Made by a program: the position numbers and the translations under genes. 64,000 nucleotides of DNA, from contig OY761556.1 of NCBI GenBank assembly GCA_963664705.1, positions 5,184,001 to 5,248,000 of the forward strand, read 5' to 3'. The notes beneath the pieces were generated by a model. It had not been told where the DNA came from. It did no database searches and saw only the letters and a program-made list of their open reading frames with translations. Each line of letters starts with the position of its first letter. Position 1 is the stretch's first letter. This DNA is from Acidobacteriota bacterium. GTDB lineage: Bacteria; Acidobacteriota; UBA6911. Below, piece by piece: positions 1 to 9,386 of this stretch.

Positions 1-984
1 CGGCTGGCGGATCACTCAAAAACGGACAATCCTGCACAGGAAGTATCAAAGGATATTTATCTGCTGGCCGAATCCAACCTTGAAGCCATCCAGGCAGCGA
101 TTGCGGATATCAAGCCATCGGCTATCGTGGTTGACTCCATACAAACTACTTTTTCCGAAACTCTCGAGTCAGCCCCGGGAAGCGTAAGCCAGGTAAGACA
201 TGTGGCGATGCAATTCCTGAATATTGCCAAAAATGGCAATATTCCCATCTTTCTGATTGGGCATGTAACCAAGGATGGCAATATCGCGGGGCCCAAGGTG
301 CTGGAGCATGTGGTGGACGTCGTTCTATATTTCGAGGGGGAGCGCCGCCAGAACCATCGCATTATCCGGGCGGTGAAGAACCGTTTTGGAGCGGCCAACG
401 AAGTGGGGATTTTTGAGATGACCTCCCGGGGCCTGATCCCGACGGCAAATCCATCCAGCCTTTTCCTCATGGAAAGAGAGAATGTTTCGTCGGGAAGCGC
501 CGTGGTCTGCGCACTGGAAGGAACGCGCCCGCTGCTGGTCGAAGTCCAGGCTCTGGTGGTCGCGACGCAATACGGTACCGGCCGACGCGTGGCAACGGGA
601 GTGGATTACAACCGCATTTCTGTGCTGGTGGCGATGCTTGAAAAGCGCCTGGGAGTGCAGATGGCGGGAAGCGACATCTACGTAAATACCGCAGGAGGAC
701 TGGAAATAGACGAGCCTGGATCCGATTTGGGCATATTCGCGGCCATCTTGAGCAGCCTGCGGAACCGGCCTCTGTCCAACCATACCGTTTTGCTGGGCGA
801 ACTAAGCCTGTCGGGTGACATCCGGCCGATCAGCCAGATGCACGTGAGAGCGCGGGAGGCGGCTCTCATGGGCTTTCAGCGATGCATCCTCCCAGCCGGC
901 AACCTGCCGCTGGTAGATCCTATTGAGGGAATCGAGCTTATACCGGCCCGTACCGTCGCCGACCTCTCCGACCTTATTTTCTAG
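1..984 (+). CDS. radA: DNA repair protein RadA/Sms (5'-truncated by window edge)
   Basis: Frame open from base 1 (RLADH...IYLLAESNLE...VVDSIQT); motifs IGHVTKDGNIAGPKVLEHVVD, KNRFG and Lon-like C-terminus GELSLSGDIR. Confidence 0.97.
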   Translation, partial: RLADHSKTDNPAQEVSKDIYLLAESNLEAIQAAIADIKPSAIVVDSIQTTFSETLESAPGSVSQVRHVAMQFLNIAKNGNIPIFLIGHVTKDGNIAGPKVLEHVVDVVLYFEGERRQNHRIIRAVKNRFGAANEVGIFEMTSRGLIPTANPSSLFLMERENVSSGSAVVCALEGTRPLLVEVQALVVATQYGTGRRVATGVDYNRISVLVAMLEKRLGVQMAGSDIYVNTAGGLEIDEPGSDLGIFAAILSSLRNRPLSNHTVLLGELSLSGDIRPISQMHVRAREAALMGFQRCILPAGNLPLVDPIEGIELIPARTVADLSDLIF

Positions 985-1427
985 GGGCGAATCGAGGCAA
1001 CATCAGCCTTTTCTATGCTTTCCTTCAGGGTGTTCCTGATCTGATTTTGTTTGGATGCAAGCCGGTCCACGGCGTTTGCAGGAAAAACGGCAGCGAATGG
1101 CAGCGGGAAACCACCGCGAAGGCCCTGTTTCAGCACCCATTTATCCATAACTATTGATTGCATTTGTTTTCCTTCGGTCCGACCTCGAAATATGCTAAAT
1201 TCATTCAAGGTCTGGAGCTTTGCTTTTCTACTTCCCGAAGTATCAGGTGACGGTCCCCATCAAAAGCCTCCAGACGTTGATTGGAGGAACACAAAAAATG
1301 TACAACCTACTTTCAGCTGTCGATTGGAGCATCGAGAGCAGTGGGTGGGTGTTCTTCCTTGTTATCTGGCTTTTAATAATAATCAATTCCATTGATATTG
1401 AGTGGATCATGCTGAAGGAGTTCATCG

Positions 1428-2531
1428 ATGGATCTATGGATTATACGTGCACTCTTATTCGTGGCAATCCTGGTAAGCGGGTACTACGTCCGCCCCTTTG
1501 GTTCCAGTTTACCGCTGACGGTTTCGTTTAGCGCCGGGATAGGATTTATCATTCTTCTTGCGGAAATGCGGATTCGGAAGCTCTCCCTGAAGACCTTGCT
1601 GGGAGCGGCTTTGGGATCGATCATGGGCATTATCGGCGCCAGCCTGATCAGCATCGTGATCGGAAGAATGATTCTGGATCCCAAAACTGAAACTTTTGTG
1701 CAGCTTCTCATTCTGATCCTCATGACTTATGTAGGATTGGTGTCGGGAGCCAACAAAGGGGAGTATCTGGATCTGTCGTCGTTTGGAGGATTATTCAACG
1801 ACAACACGATTCGGAAATCGTCGAAGGTCCTGGATACCAGTGTCATTATCGATGGCCGCGTAGCCGACATCTGCAAGACCGGTTTCCTGGAGGGGACGCT
1901 TGTTGTCCCGCATTTCGTGCTTCGGGAGCTTCAGCAGATTGCGGACAGCGCTGATTCCGCCAAGCGGAATCGAGGCAGGCGCGGTCTGGATGTTCTCGAA
2001 AAAATCAAGGGAGTTCCCGGCGTAGCAGTTCAAATCGTTGAGAAGGACTACCCCGATGTCAAAGAGGTGGATCTGAAGCTCATCGAACTCGCCAAGGAGA
2101 TGACCGCCAAGATTGTCACCAACGACTTTAACCTTAACAAAGTTTCGCAGCTTCGCGGTGTTGAAGTCCTCAACATCAATGAGCTCGCCAATGCCCTCAA
2201 ACCGGTTGTGCTGCCCGGTGAGACGATGAAGGTATTCATCCTGAAAGAGGGAAAGGAATACAACCAGGGGGTTGCTTACCTTGACGACGGCACCATGGTT
2301 GTGGTCGACAATGCCCGGCGCATGATTGGCAAGACCATCGCGACGCAGGTCACGTCCGTATTGCAGACAACCGCGGGCAAGATGATTTTTGGCCGGTTCC
2401 CGGAGGAAGCGGAAGCTGCCGCCAATGCTCAAGCCGCCAGACCGGATCGCCGTCCGTATGAAAAGCCGCCGATCGCGAATCGTCCCCCCATCGCGGAAAT
2501 TGACGACAAAGAGCGCGTCAAAGGCCGATAG
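1428..2531 (+). CDS. PIN/TRAM domain membrane protein (YacL-like)
   Basis: N-terminal TM helices, PIN motif VLDTSVIIDGR, TNDFNLNKV, TRAM GVAYLDDGTMVVV; SD AAGGAG upstream; lies between radA and ispD. Confidence 0.95.
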   Translation: MDLWIIRALLFVAILVSGYYVRPFGSSLPLTVSFSAGIGFIILLAEMRIRKLSLKTLLGAALGSIMGIIGASLISIVIGRMILDPKTETFVQLLILILMTYVGLVSGANKGEYLDLSSFGGLFNDNTIRKSSKVLDTSVIIDGRVADICKTGFLEGTLVVPHFVLRELQQIADSADSAKRNRGRRGLDVLEKIKGVPGVAVQIVEKDYPDVKEVDLKLIELAKEMTAKIVTNDFNLNKVSQLRGVEVLNINELANALKPVVLPGETMKVFILKEGKEYNQGVAYLDDGTMVVVDNARRMIGKTIATQVTSVLQTTAGKMIFGRFPEEAEAAANAQAARPDRRPYEKPPIANRPPIAEIDDKERVKGR

Positions 2532-2640
2532 AAAGCTCCTGCATCCGCAATCTTGAAAACCGAAGGCTCCAGGATGTCCCTGGAGCCTTCGAGTCTTTCA
2601 GGTGTATGGTATTGTCCGAATGACTATGGAAGAACCGAAA

Positions 2641-3840
2641 ATGAAAATCACCGCCGCGGCAGTCATTGCGGCGGGAGGCACAGGAACGCGGATGCAGTCG
2701 AGCGTTCCGAAGCAGTTCCTGGATATTCTGGGAAAGCCGGTCTTGTTCCACACCATCGAGCGCATCGCTTCGCTGGATGAGGTCACCGAGATTATCATCG
2801 CGCTCCCTCCCGAGCATATTCCGCAAGCCATGGCAATCGCCCGGCAGATCCCCATGCGGGCGGAAGTGCGCTGCGTTGCCGGAGGCGCCAGCCGGCAGGC
2901 GTCCGTTCACTGTGGAGTTGTCCAGGTAATTTCCGATCCGGACATTATCATGGTGCACGATGCAGCGAGGCCGCTTTGCAGCAAAGACCTGATCCGGCGC
3001 GTGCTCGAGGCGGCATGGGAAAAAGGAGGCGCCATCCCGGGCATCCCTGCGACGGATACCATCCAGCGCGTTTCGAAAAAGGGGAGGGTTCTGGCAACAC
3101 CACCACGAGAGGAACTCTACGCGATCCAGACACCGCAGGCATTTCACGCAGATATCCTGAGGTCGGCATTGGACAAGGCGCAGACCGCGGGGTTCCTGGG
3201 AACGGACGAATCGTCGGTTGTGCGCTGGGCGGGCCACTCCGTGGTGGTCGTTCCAGGCTCTCCAGACAATATCAAGATTACGCGGCCGCTGGACCTGGAG
3301 ATTGCCAGGATTCTAATCACGAATATAGGCTCGGAGGCACAAACTGTCATGGATCAATCGAAGCTTCGAATCGGACAGGGAATCGATTATCATCGACTGG
3401 TTGAGGGGCGGAAACTGATCCTCGGAGGTGTGGAAATCCCCTTCGAAAAAGGGCTGGAAGGACACTCCGATGCCGATGCCCTGTCACACGCGATCTGTGA
3501 TGCACTGCTTGGCGCCATCGCGCTCGGGGACATCGGCCAGCATTTCCCGGATACGGACGCCTCCAATCGTGGACGCTCCAGTCTCGAGTTTCTGCGGCTG
3601 GTTCGGGAGAAGATCGAAGCGGCGGGCTGGAGTATCGGGAATGTGGACGCAACGCTTCTGGTGCAAAAGCCGCGCATCATGCCGCATGCACCGCAAATGA
3701 AAATAAACATCGCGGAATCGCTCGGGTTGACGCCGGCGGATGTGAGCATCAAGGCGACGACCACGGAAGGGTTGAACGCGGAAGGACGCGGCGAGGGAAT
3801 TTCCGCTCAAGCCATCGCATTATTGTATTCGCGCGAATAA
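2641..3840 (+). CDS. ispDF: Bifunctional IspD/IspF (MEP pathway)
   Basis: AAGGTGTRM..PKQF, VHDAARP, IQTPQAF (IspD) fused to RIGQGIDYH, GHSDAD, GDIGQHFPD (IspF). Start uncertain (2602-2641). Confidence 0.95.
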   Translation: MKITAAAVIAAGGTGTRMQSSVPKQFLDILGKPVLFHTIERIASLDEVTEIIIALPPEHIPQAMAIARQIPMRAEVRCVAGGASRQASVHCGVVQVISDPDIIMVHDAARPLCSKDLIRRVLEAAWEKGGAIPGIPATDTIQRVSKKGRVLATPPREELYAIQTPQAFHADILRSALDKAQTAGFLGTDESSVVRWAGHSVVVVPGSPDNIKITRPLDLEIARILITNIGSEAQTVMDQSKLRIGQGIDYHRLVEGRKLILGGVEIPFEKGLEGHSDADALSHAICDALLGAIALGDIGQHFPDTDASNRGRSSLEFLRLVREKIEAAGWSIGNVDATLLVQKPRIMPHAPQMKINIAESLGLTPADVSIKATTTEGLNAEGRGEGISAQAIALLYSRE

Positions 3841-3876
3841 TCTTCAGGGCGCATAAGCTCAGAGAATTTTTAAAAT

Positions 3877-5406
3877 ATGACAACTTCATCAAGTTTTGAA
3901 AAACCGGTTCGTGTTCGTTTTGCTCCAAGCCCCACCGGCTATCTGCACGTCGGCAACGTGCGGACAGCCCTGTTCAACTGGCTTTTCGCCAAACGCTATG
4001 GCGGCAGCTTCATTCTCCGGATCGAGGATACGGACGCGGAGCGGAGCAAACCGGAATACGAAGAACAGCTCAAGAAAGACCTGCACTGGCTCGGCCTTGA
4101 CTGGAATGAAGGCATCGATCGCGCGGGCGAATACGGCCCCTATCGCCAGACAGAGCGATACCCGATCTACCAGAAATTCGCGCAGCAACTCCTGGACGAG
4201 AACAAGGCTTTCCGATGTTTCTGCACTGAAGAGGAACTGGAAAAGGTCCGGCAGGAACAGCTCGCGAGAAATGAAACACCGCGCTATTCGGGCAAATGCC
4301 GGCATTTGACGGCGGATGAAATCGGTTCCTACGATAAGCTGAAAGCCCCTTCTACTTTGCGCCTGAGAGTGCGGCCGGGAACCGTTGGATTTTCCGACAT
4401 GGTTTTCGGAAAAATTGAAATAGACACCGCGCAGATCAGCGATCCGGTGCTGCTGCGCAGCGACAACAGTCCAACCTACAATTTCTGCTGTGTCATCGAC
4501 GATGTCCTGATGAAGATCACCCACGTAATCCGCGGGGATGGGCACCTGTCGAATACGCACCGGCAGATTCTGGTGTACGAGGCGCTGCAAGCCCCTGTTC
4601 CCGAGTTCGCGCATTTGTCCACCATTCTCGGACCCGACGGACAAAAGCTGAGCAAGCGCCACGGCGCAACTTCGGTCAATGAGTTTTATCAGCAGGGCTA
4701 TCTGCCGGAAGCCCTGGCAAACTATCTCTCGCTGCTGGGCTGGTCTTCTCCGAACGAAGGACAGGAGGTCATGTCGCTGGAGGAAATCACACAACAGTTC
4801 GACCTGTCGCGAGTCCAGAAGAATCCGGCTATTTTTGACAACGCCAAGCTGAACTGGATGAATCGCACGTACATCACGAAAACTCCGGGTGAAGCTCTCG
4901 TAGAAAATGCGAAGCGCTTTTTTATTGAAGCCGGGCAGGTACCGCAAAATCCCGACGCCGAGACCATCGCCTGGCTCTGCCAGGTAATCGATCTCATCAA
5001 AACCCATGTGGATCACCTCGACCAGCTCCCAAACGAGACTCCGATCGTCTATGCATTCGATCCATCCCAGCTCGAGCCGGCCGTCCGCGAGCTTTTGCTG
5101 AAGGATGAAGGAAAGGCCGTGGCATTGGAATTCGCCAGGCTTGTAGAGGAGCAGGAACAGCTCACCACGGAAAAATATCGGGAAATTGTCGGGCAGGTAA
5201 AATCAACCACGCGTCAGAAAGGGCGCAACCTGTTCCACCCGATCCGTGCGGCATTGACGGGACGCGATTCCGGCCCGGAAATGGAAAAGCTGATTCCTTT
5301 GTATGAAAATGGGAGCCGTCTGGCCCTGCCCCGCAAAGTGATGTCCAGCCGCGAACGGTTGCGCGCCATTCTGCAAGCCGCCGGCATTTCGGACGCATCA
5401 AAGTAA
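3877..5406 (+). CDS. gltX: Glutamate--tRNA ligase
   Basis: RFAPSPTGYLHVGN, LRIEDTD, KLSKRHG. Confidence 0.97.
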   Translation: MTTSSSFEKPVRVRFAPSPTGYLHVGNVRTALFNWLFAKRYGGSFILRIEDTDAERSKPEYEEQLKKDLHWLGLDWNEGIDRAGEYGPYRQTERYPIYQKFAQQLLDENKAFRCFCTEEELEKVRQEQLARNETPRYSGKCRHLTADEIGSYDKLKAPSTLRLRVRPGTVGFSDMVFGKIEIDTAQISDPVLLRSDNSPTYNFCCVIDDVLMKITHVIRGDGHLSNTHRQILVYEALQAPVPEFAHLSTILGPDGQKLSKRHGATSVNEFYQQGYLPEALANYLSLLGWSSPNEGQEVMSLEEITQQFDLSRVQKNPAIFDNAKLNWMNRTYITKTPGEALVENAKRFFIEAGQVPQNPDAETIAWLCQVIDLIKTHVDHLDQLPNETPIVYAFDPSQLEPAVRELLLKDEGKAVALEFARLVEEQEQLTTEKYREIVGQVKSTTRQKGRNLFHPIRAALTGRDSGPEMEKLIPLYENGSRLALPRKVMSSRERLRAILQAAGISDASK

Positions 5407-5531
5407 GGGTTTTCGGGGATTATTGAGCCGTCGGTTTCCAGGCAACTGCCGTGGAGCGTGGCTGCTTCCATGGCGCGGATGACACCGGGGCCATATTATT
5501 TGGTCAAGAAACCTGGTCGGGCAATGAATAT

Positions 5532-5730
5532 CAGCCCCGGAGGGGCGATCAGAAAATAGCCGGGGGTGAAGCGAAGCGAACCCCCGGTAGAAATGGGCGC
5601 GAGAAAGAGCCCTGAAGGGGCGAAAGATTGGGCATTCTGCCGCCCCTTCAGGGCTTATTACTGGTCTTATCCAATCCGGGGGTTCGCTTCGCTTCACCCC
5701 CGGCTACTCTCTTTCGGCCCTCCGGGCCTG
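5532..5730. repeat. ~200-bp nested palindrome, REP/REPIN-like
   Basis: Perfect 31-bp IR 5557-5587/5676-5706; perfect 15-bp IR 5608-5622/5641-5655; outer 17-bp IR with 2 mismatches 5532-5548/5714-5730. Confidence 0.85.
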
Positions 5731-5826
5731 TTGCTTCACTCGCGTCGAAGGGCTAAGAACAAATCGTGTGCAGCATTAGCCGGGACCGCGGCGCCTCCCG
5801 GCAGGGCACTCCAGTCGAAAGGCAAT

Positions 5827-6549
5827 ATGTCTGTATTGTATGGAATCAATCCGGTTGCGGAAGCGCTTCGGGCAAATCCCGAAAAAATTGAGCGCATCTG
5901 CGTTGAACGGGGCCAGAAAAATCCAAGGGTCCAGGAAATTGTCGACCTGGCCCGGCAAAATCACGTCCGGATTGCCTTCGAAGATAAATCCTGGCTGGAC
6001 CGCAAGGCGCAAGGTTTGCGGCACCAGGGAGTCCTCTGCTACGCGGCAGAAATGGCGACGCTCGCCCCCGAGGATATTCTCGACCAGGCCAAATCGCCCG
6101 GCCTCCTCGTGGTATTGGACGGGATTGAAGACCCGCACAATCTCGGCGCTATTCTGCGTTCCGCGGAAGGAGCCGGGGCGGATGGTGTTTTTCTGCCGCT
6201 GCACCGCAGCGCCAATTTGAGCGGCACGGTTGTGAAATCGAGCGCCGGAGCCGCTTCCCACGTGAAGCTGGCGCGAATTCCCAATCTCGCGCAGCTGCTC
6301 GACCTCATCAAGAAAAAGGGGTTCTGGGTGGCGGGGCTGGCCGCCGAGGCCAGTCAGCCCATTTGGGAGGTAGACCTTACCGTTCCGATTGCGCTGGTGA
6401 TGGGAAATGAAGGAGCCGGACTGCATCGTCTGGTAAAGCAAAAGTGCGATTTTCTCGTATCTTTGCCGATACGTGGGAATGTGGGCTCATACAATGTGAG
6501 CGTTGCCGCGGGAATCGCTCTTTACGAGGTCCTTCGACAGCGCAAGTAA
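5827..6549 (+). CDS. rlmB: 23S rRNA (Gm2251) 2'-O-methyltransferase RlmB (SpoU family)
   Basis: LYGINPV, HQGV, DPHNLGAILRSA, GNEGAGL, SYNVSVA. ATG 5827 chosen because the upstream ORF extension only reads through the palindrome. Confidence 0.95.
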   Translation: MSVLYGINPVAEALRANPEKIERICVERGQKNPRVQEIVDLARQNHVRIAFEDKSWLDRKAQGLRHQGVLCYAAEMATLAPEDILDQAKSPGLLVVLDGIEDPHNLGAILRSAEGAGADGVFLPLHRSANLSGTVVKSSAGAASHVKLARIPNLAQLLDLIKKKGFWVAGLAAEASQPIWEVDLTVPIALVMGNEGAGLHRLVKQKCDFLVSLPIRGNVGSYNVSVAAGIALYEVLRQRK

Positions 6550-6669
6550 TGCATTGAGGATTTCGGTTTGACGGTTTGCAGCATCATGTCGCCCGTTCAG
6601 TCGAGCCCCGGATATTGGAGCGTATGATCCTGATCGTCAACCTGCAATCATCACCCGTCAATCCAGTTT

Positions 6670-7599
6670 ATGCCAGTTGTTGAAATCGAAAATCTGACCA
6701 AAGAGTTTTCCGTCGGCTTCTGGAAAAAACGCCCGATCCGTGCGCTGGATAATCTCTGTCTGAACGTGCAACAGGGAGAGATATTCGGTTTTCTTGGCCC
6801 CAACGGTGCCGGGAAGAGCACAACCATCAAGATACTCATGAATCTTCTGCACGCGACCTCGGGGAAAGCCAGAATATTGGGCGAACCTTCTGACCGTGTG
6901 CCCATGCATCAAAAGATCGGATATCTGCCGGAAAACCCCTATTTTTACGACTATCTCACCCCGGCAGAGCTTTTGAACTATATGGGCCGGCTGTTTGGAA
7001 TCCGGCACGCCGATTTATCGCGCAAAGTGGATACACTTCTTGAAAGCGTCGGCCTGCAGGATTCGCGCCATATTCAGCTGAGGAAGTTTTCCAAAGGCAT
7101 GGTGCAGCGGATTGGGATTGCCCAGGCAATTATTAATGACCCCGAAATCGTCTTCCTCGACGAGCCGATGTCCGGCCTCGATCCTCTCGGCCGCATGGAC
7201 GTGCGCAGGATCATCACAACGCTAAAGTCCCGCGGCGTGACCGTCTTCTTCAGCTCTCACGTGCTGCCGGATGTGGAAGCGCTGTGCGACCGCGTGGCCA
7301 TTTTGAATAAGGGAAGACTCCAGGAAACCGGCACGCTGGATGAGATCCTGAATCGGGGGATCGAGGGGTATGAAATTATCCTGTCCGGATTGAAGGAAGA
7401 TAGGCTGGAGGCGATCCGCAATCTTTGCGATGAGATCATGCCGATGGAAGATCGCCTGCGCATCCGCGTCGCCGGCAGGGAGCGCATGGAAACGCTGATT
7501 GACTTCGCATTCCGGCATCACCTTGGACTCGTTTCCGTCAACCCGATTCGACGATCCCTGGAAGAACACTTTCAGTCCGTTGTGGTCCGTAAGCAGTAG
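6670..7599 (+). CDS. ABC transporter ATP-binding protein (PilH/Xap-like)
   Basis: Walker A GPNGAGKST, signature FSKGMVQR, Walker B FLDEP. Confidence 0.93.
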   Translation: MPVVEIENLTKEFSVGFWKKRPIRALDNLCLNVQQGEIFGFLGPNGAGKSTTIKILMNLLHATSGKARILGEPSDRVPMHQKIGYLPENPYFYDYLTPAELLNYMGRLFGIRHADLSRKVDTLLESVGLQDSRHIQLRKFSKGMVQRIGIAQAIINDPEIVFLDEPMSGLDPLGRMDVRRIITTLKSRGVTVFFSSHVLPDVEALCDRVAILNKGRLQETGTLDEILNRGIEGYEIILSGLKEDRLEAIRNLCDEIMPMEDRLRIRVAGRERMETLIDFAFRHHLGLVSVNPIRRSLEEHFQSVVVRKQ

Positions 7600-7628
7600 G
7601 GGCATTCATTACAGGTGAAGAGAGAAGC

Positions 7629-8426
7629 ATGTTGCATAGAATTGTAGCCATCGCCAGCAATACATTTCGGGAGACAGTGCGCGACAAGATTCTATATAAC
7701 CTGATTCTGTTTGCCCTGATTATGATTCTGAGCTCGATCCTCCTCGGCCAGCTTACCCTGGGAAACGAAGAAAAGATCATCCTGGATTTAGGGCTCTCGT
7801 CCATCTCGATTTTCGGGATGCTCATCGCCATATTCATCGGCATCGGGCTGGTCCATAAGGAACTTGAAAAACGGACTGTGTACGCCCTGCTGGCAAAACC
7901 GGTGCACCGGTACGAGCTTATTCTGGGCAAATATCTCGGACTTCTGTTCACGTTGCTGGTCAATGTATCGGTGATGACAGCCGGACTGGAACTGGCGCTC
8001 CTCTACACCGGCAAGATCGGACTGGGCGGATACCTGCGCGTGTTGCCCGCTGTTTTTCTTATCTTTCTATCGCTGGCTCTAACAACCGCACTGGCACTTC
8101 TGTTTTCGACTTTCTCAACGCCGGCTCTTTCCGCCCTGTTTACGTTTTTCCTCTGGATCATCGGCCATTTCGGGAAAGACTTGCAGCAATTTGGCTCACT
8201 GGCAAAATCGACCCTGGCCAGCTGGCTTTGCAGGGTTCTATCTTACGTGCTCCCCAACCTTCAGAATTTCTCTCTCATTGACAGCCGAGGCATCCTCGGG
8301 AGCGCCGGAAGCACGATAGCTATCAATGCGCCGGCCATTGCGGGTTCCACCGCATATGCCATTCTGTATTGCGCGGCCGTCCTGTCGCTGTCCGTCGTTG
8401 TTTTCATGCGCCGGGATTTCAAATGA
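7629..8426 (+). CDS. ABC-2 type permease (PilI-like)
   Basis: IASNTFRETVRDK, multiple TM segments, ELEKRTVYALLAKP, C-terminal FMRRDF. Confidence 0.88.
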   Translation: MLHRIVAIASNTFRETVRDKILYNLILFALIMILSSILLGQLTLGNEEKIILDLGLSSISIFGMLIAIFIGIGLVHKELEKRTVYALLAKPVHRYELILGKYLGLLFTLLVNVSVMTAGLELALLYTGKIGLGGYLRVLPAVFLIFLSLALTTALALLFSTFSTPALSALFTFFLWIIGHFGKDLQQFGSLAKSTLASWLCRVLSYVLPNLQNFSLIDSRGILGSAGSTIAINAPAIAGSTAYAILYCAAVLSLSVVVFMRRDFK

Positions 8427-9364
8427 ACCGGGTAGAGGCTGGGAACTCAAAAAGCGGATGGATATTCCTCGGAATATTCCTGGTCTGCGCCGCTTTGATC
8501 AAGCCGGCACAGGATCTACTGGAAGCCCGACGGGGTGACCCGGGCCCGGACGCCGATCTGCTTTACTTCAGCTCCCCATCGATGGTGAAACGGATGGCAT
8601 TGAGCTATGGCCCCCTGCTCGCGGATTTTTACTGGCTGCGCACCATCCAATATTACGGTCGTCGCGAAGAAGCGGATAGAAGGCTGGTGCGCTATAAAAA
8701 TCTGCCGGCCCTGCTCGATATCACGACGACGCTGGACCCGGATTTGATCGATGCCTACCGGTCCGGAAGTGTTTTCCTCGGCGAGGAAGAGCCGCTCGGA
8801 GCCGGCAAGCCGCTGGAGTCATTGAAGCTGCTCGATAAAGGGATCCGCATGCATCCGCAGGACTGGCGCCTGCGCTATGACAAAGGCTTTGTATACTACT
8901 GGTATTTGAAGGATTACCGGAATGCGGGCGATACATGGCGGGAAGCCGGTCGTCTGCAGAATGCCCCGCACTGGCTGGAACCGCTCGCTGCCATGGCGCT
9001 TTCAAAAGGAGGAGCCGTGGATGTTGCGGCGGCTCTTTGGCAGATACAATACCAGAATTCGACAAGAGCCGATGTTCGCGAGAACGCCAGGAACCATCTG
9101 TTCAGCCTCGAGGCAATGCGGGATATCTGGACGTTTGAGTTCCTGCTGGAAAAATATCGGGCCGAGCATGGATCCTATCCACGGACGCTGGGCGAACTGG
9201 TGCGGGGAAAAGCAAAGCCCTATCGACTGCTGGACCCAACGGGCACGCCGTATGAATACAATCCTGCAACCGGCACAGTTTCATTGAGCTCAAACACCAC
9301 GATGAAATACCTCGAAGTTCCCAATTCCTATAAAGAGCAGTTTCTGGCGAGGATTCAAGAGTAG
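8423..9364 (+). CDS. Membrane-anchored TPR-like protein (PilG/XapA-like) with GspG-like C-terminal motif
   Basis: ATGA overlap with permease; ADFYWLRTIQYYG, TTLDP, helical repeats; C-terminal HGSYPRTLGELV...DPTGTPYEY. Confidence 0.7.
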   Translation: MNRVEAGNSKSGWIFLGIFLVCAALIKPAQDLLEARRGDPGPDADLLYFSSPSMVKRMALSYGPLLADFYWLRTIQYYGRREEADRRLVRYKNLPALLDITTTLDPDLIDAYRSGSVFLGEEEPLGAGKPLESLKLLDKGIRMHPQDWRLRYDKGFVYYWYLKDYRNAGDTWREAGRLQNAPHWLEPLAAMALSKGGAVDVAAALWQIQYQNSTRADVRENARNHLFSLEAMRDIWTFEFLLEKYRAEHGSYPRTLGELVRGKAKPYRLLDPTGTPYEYNPATGTVSLSSNTTMKYLEVPNSYKEQFLARIQE

Positions 9365-9386
9365 CACCGGAAGCAACAGCTCTCCT

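Noticed and set aside
985-1427. Small ORFs in the radA-PIN/TRAM gap
   Set aside because: No motifs or SD and mutually overlapping; likely promoter or intergenic DNA
5566-5826. 87-aa N-terminal extension of RlmB and mirror ORF 5398-5697
   Set aside because: Both are readthrough of the palindrome (same MKRSEPP start on both strands)
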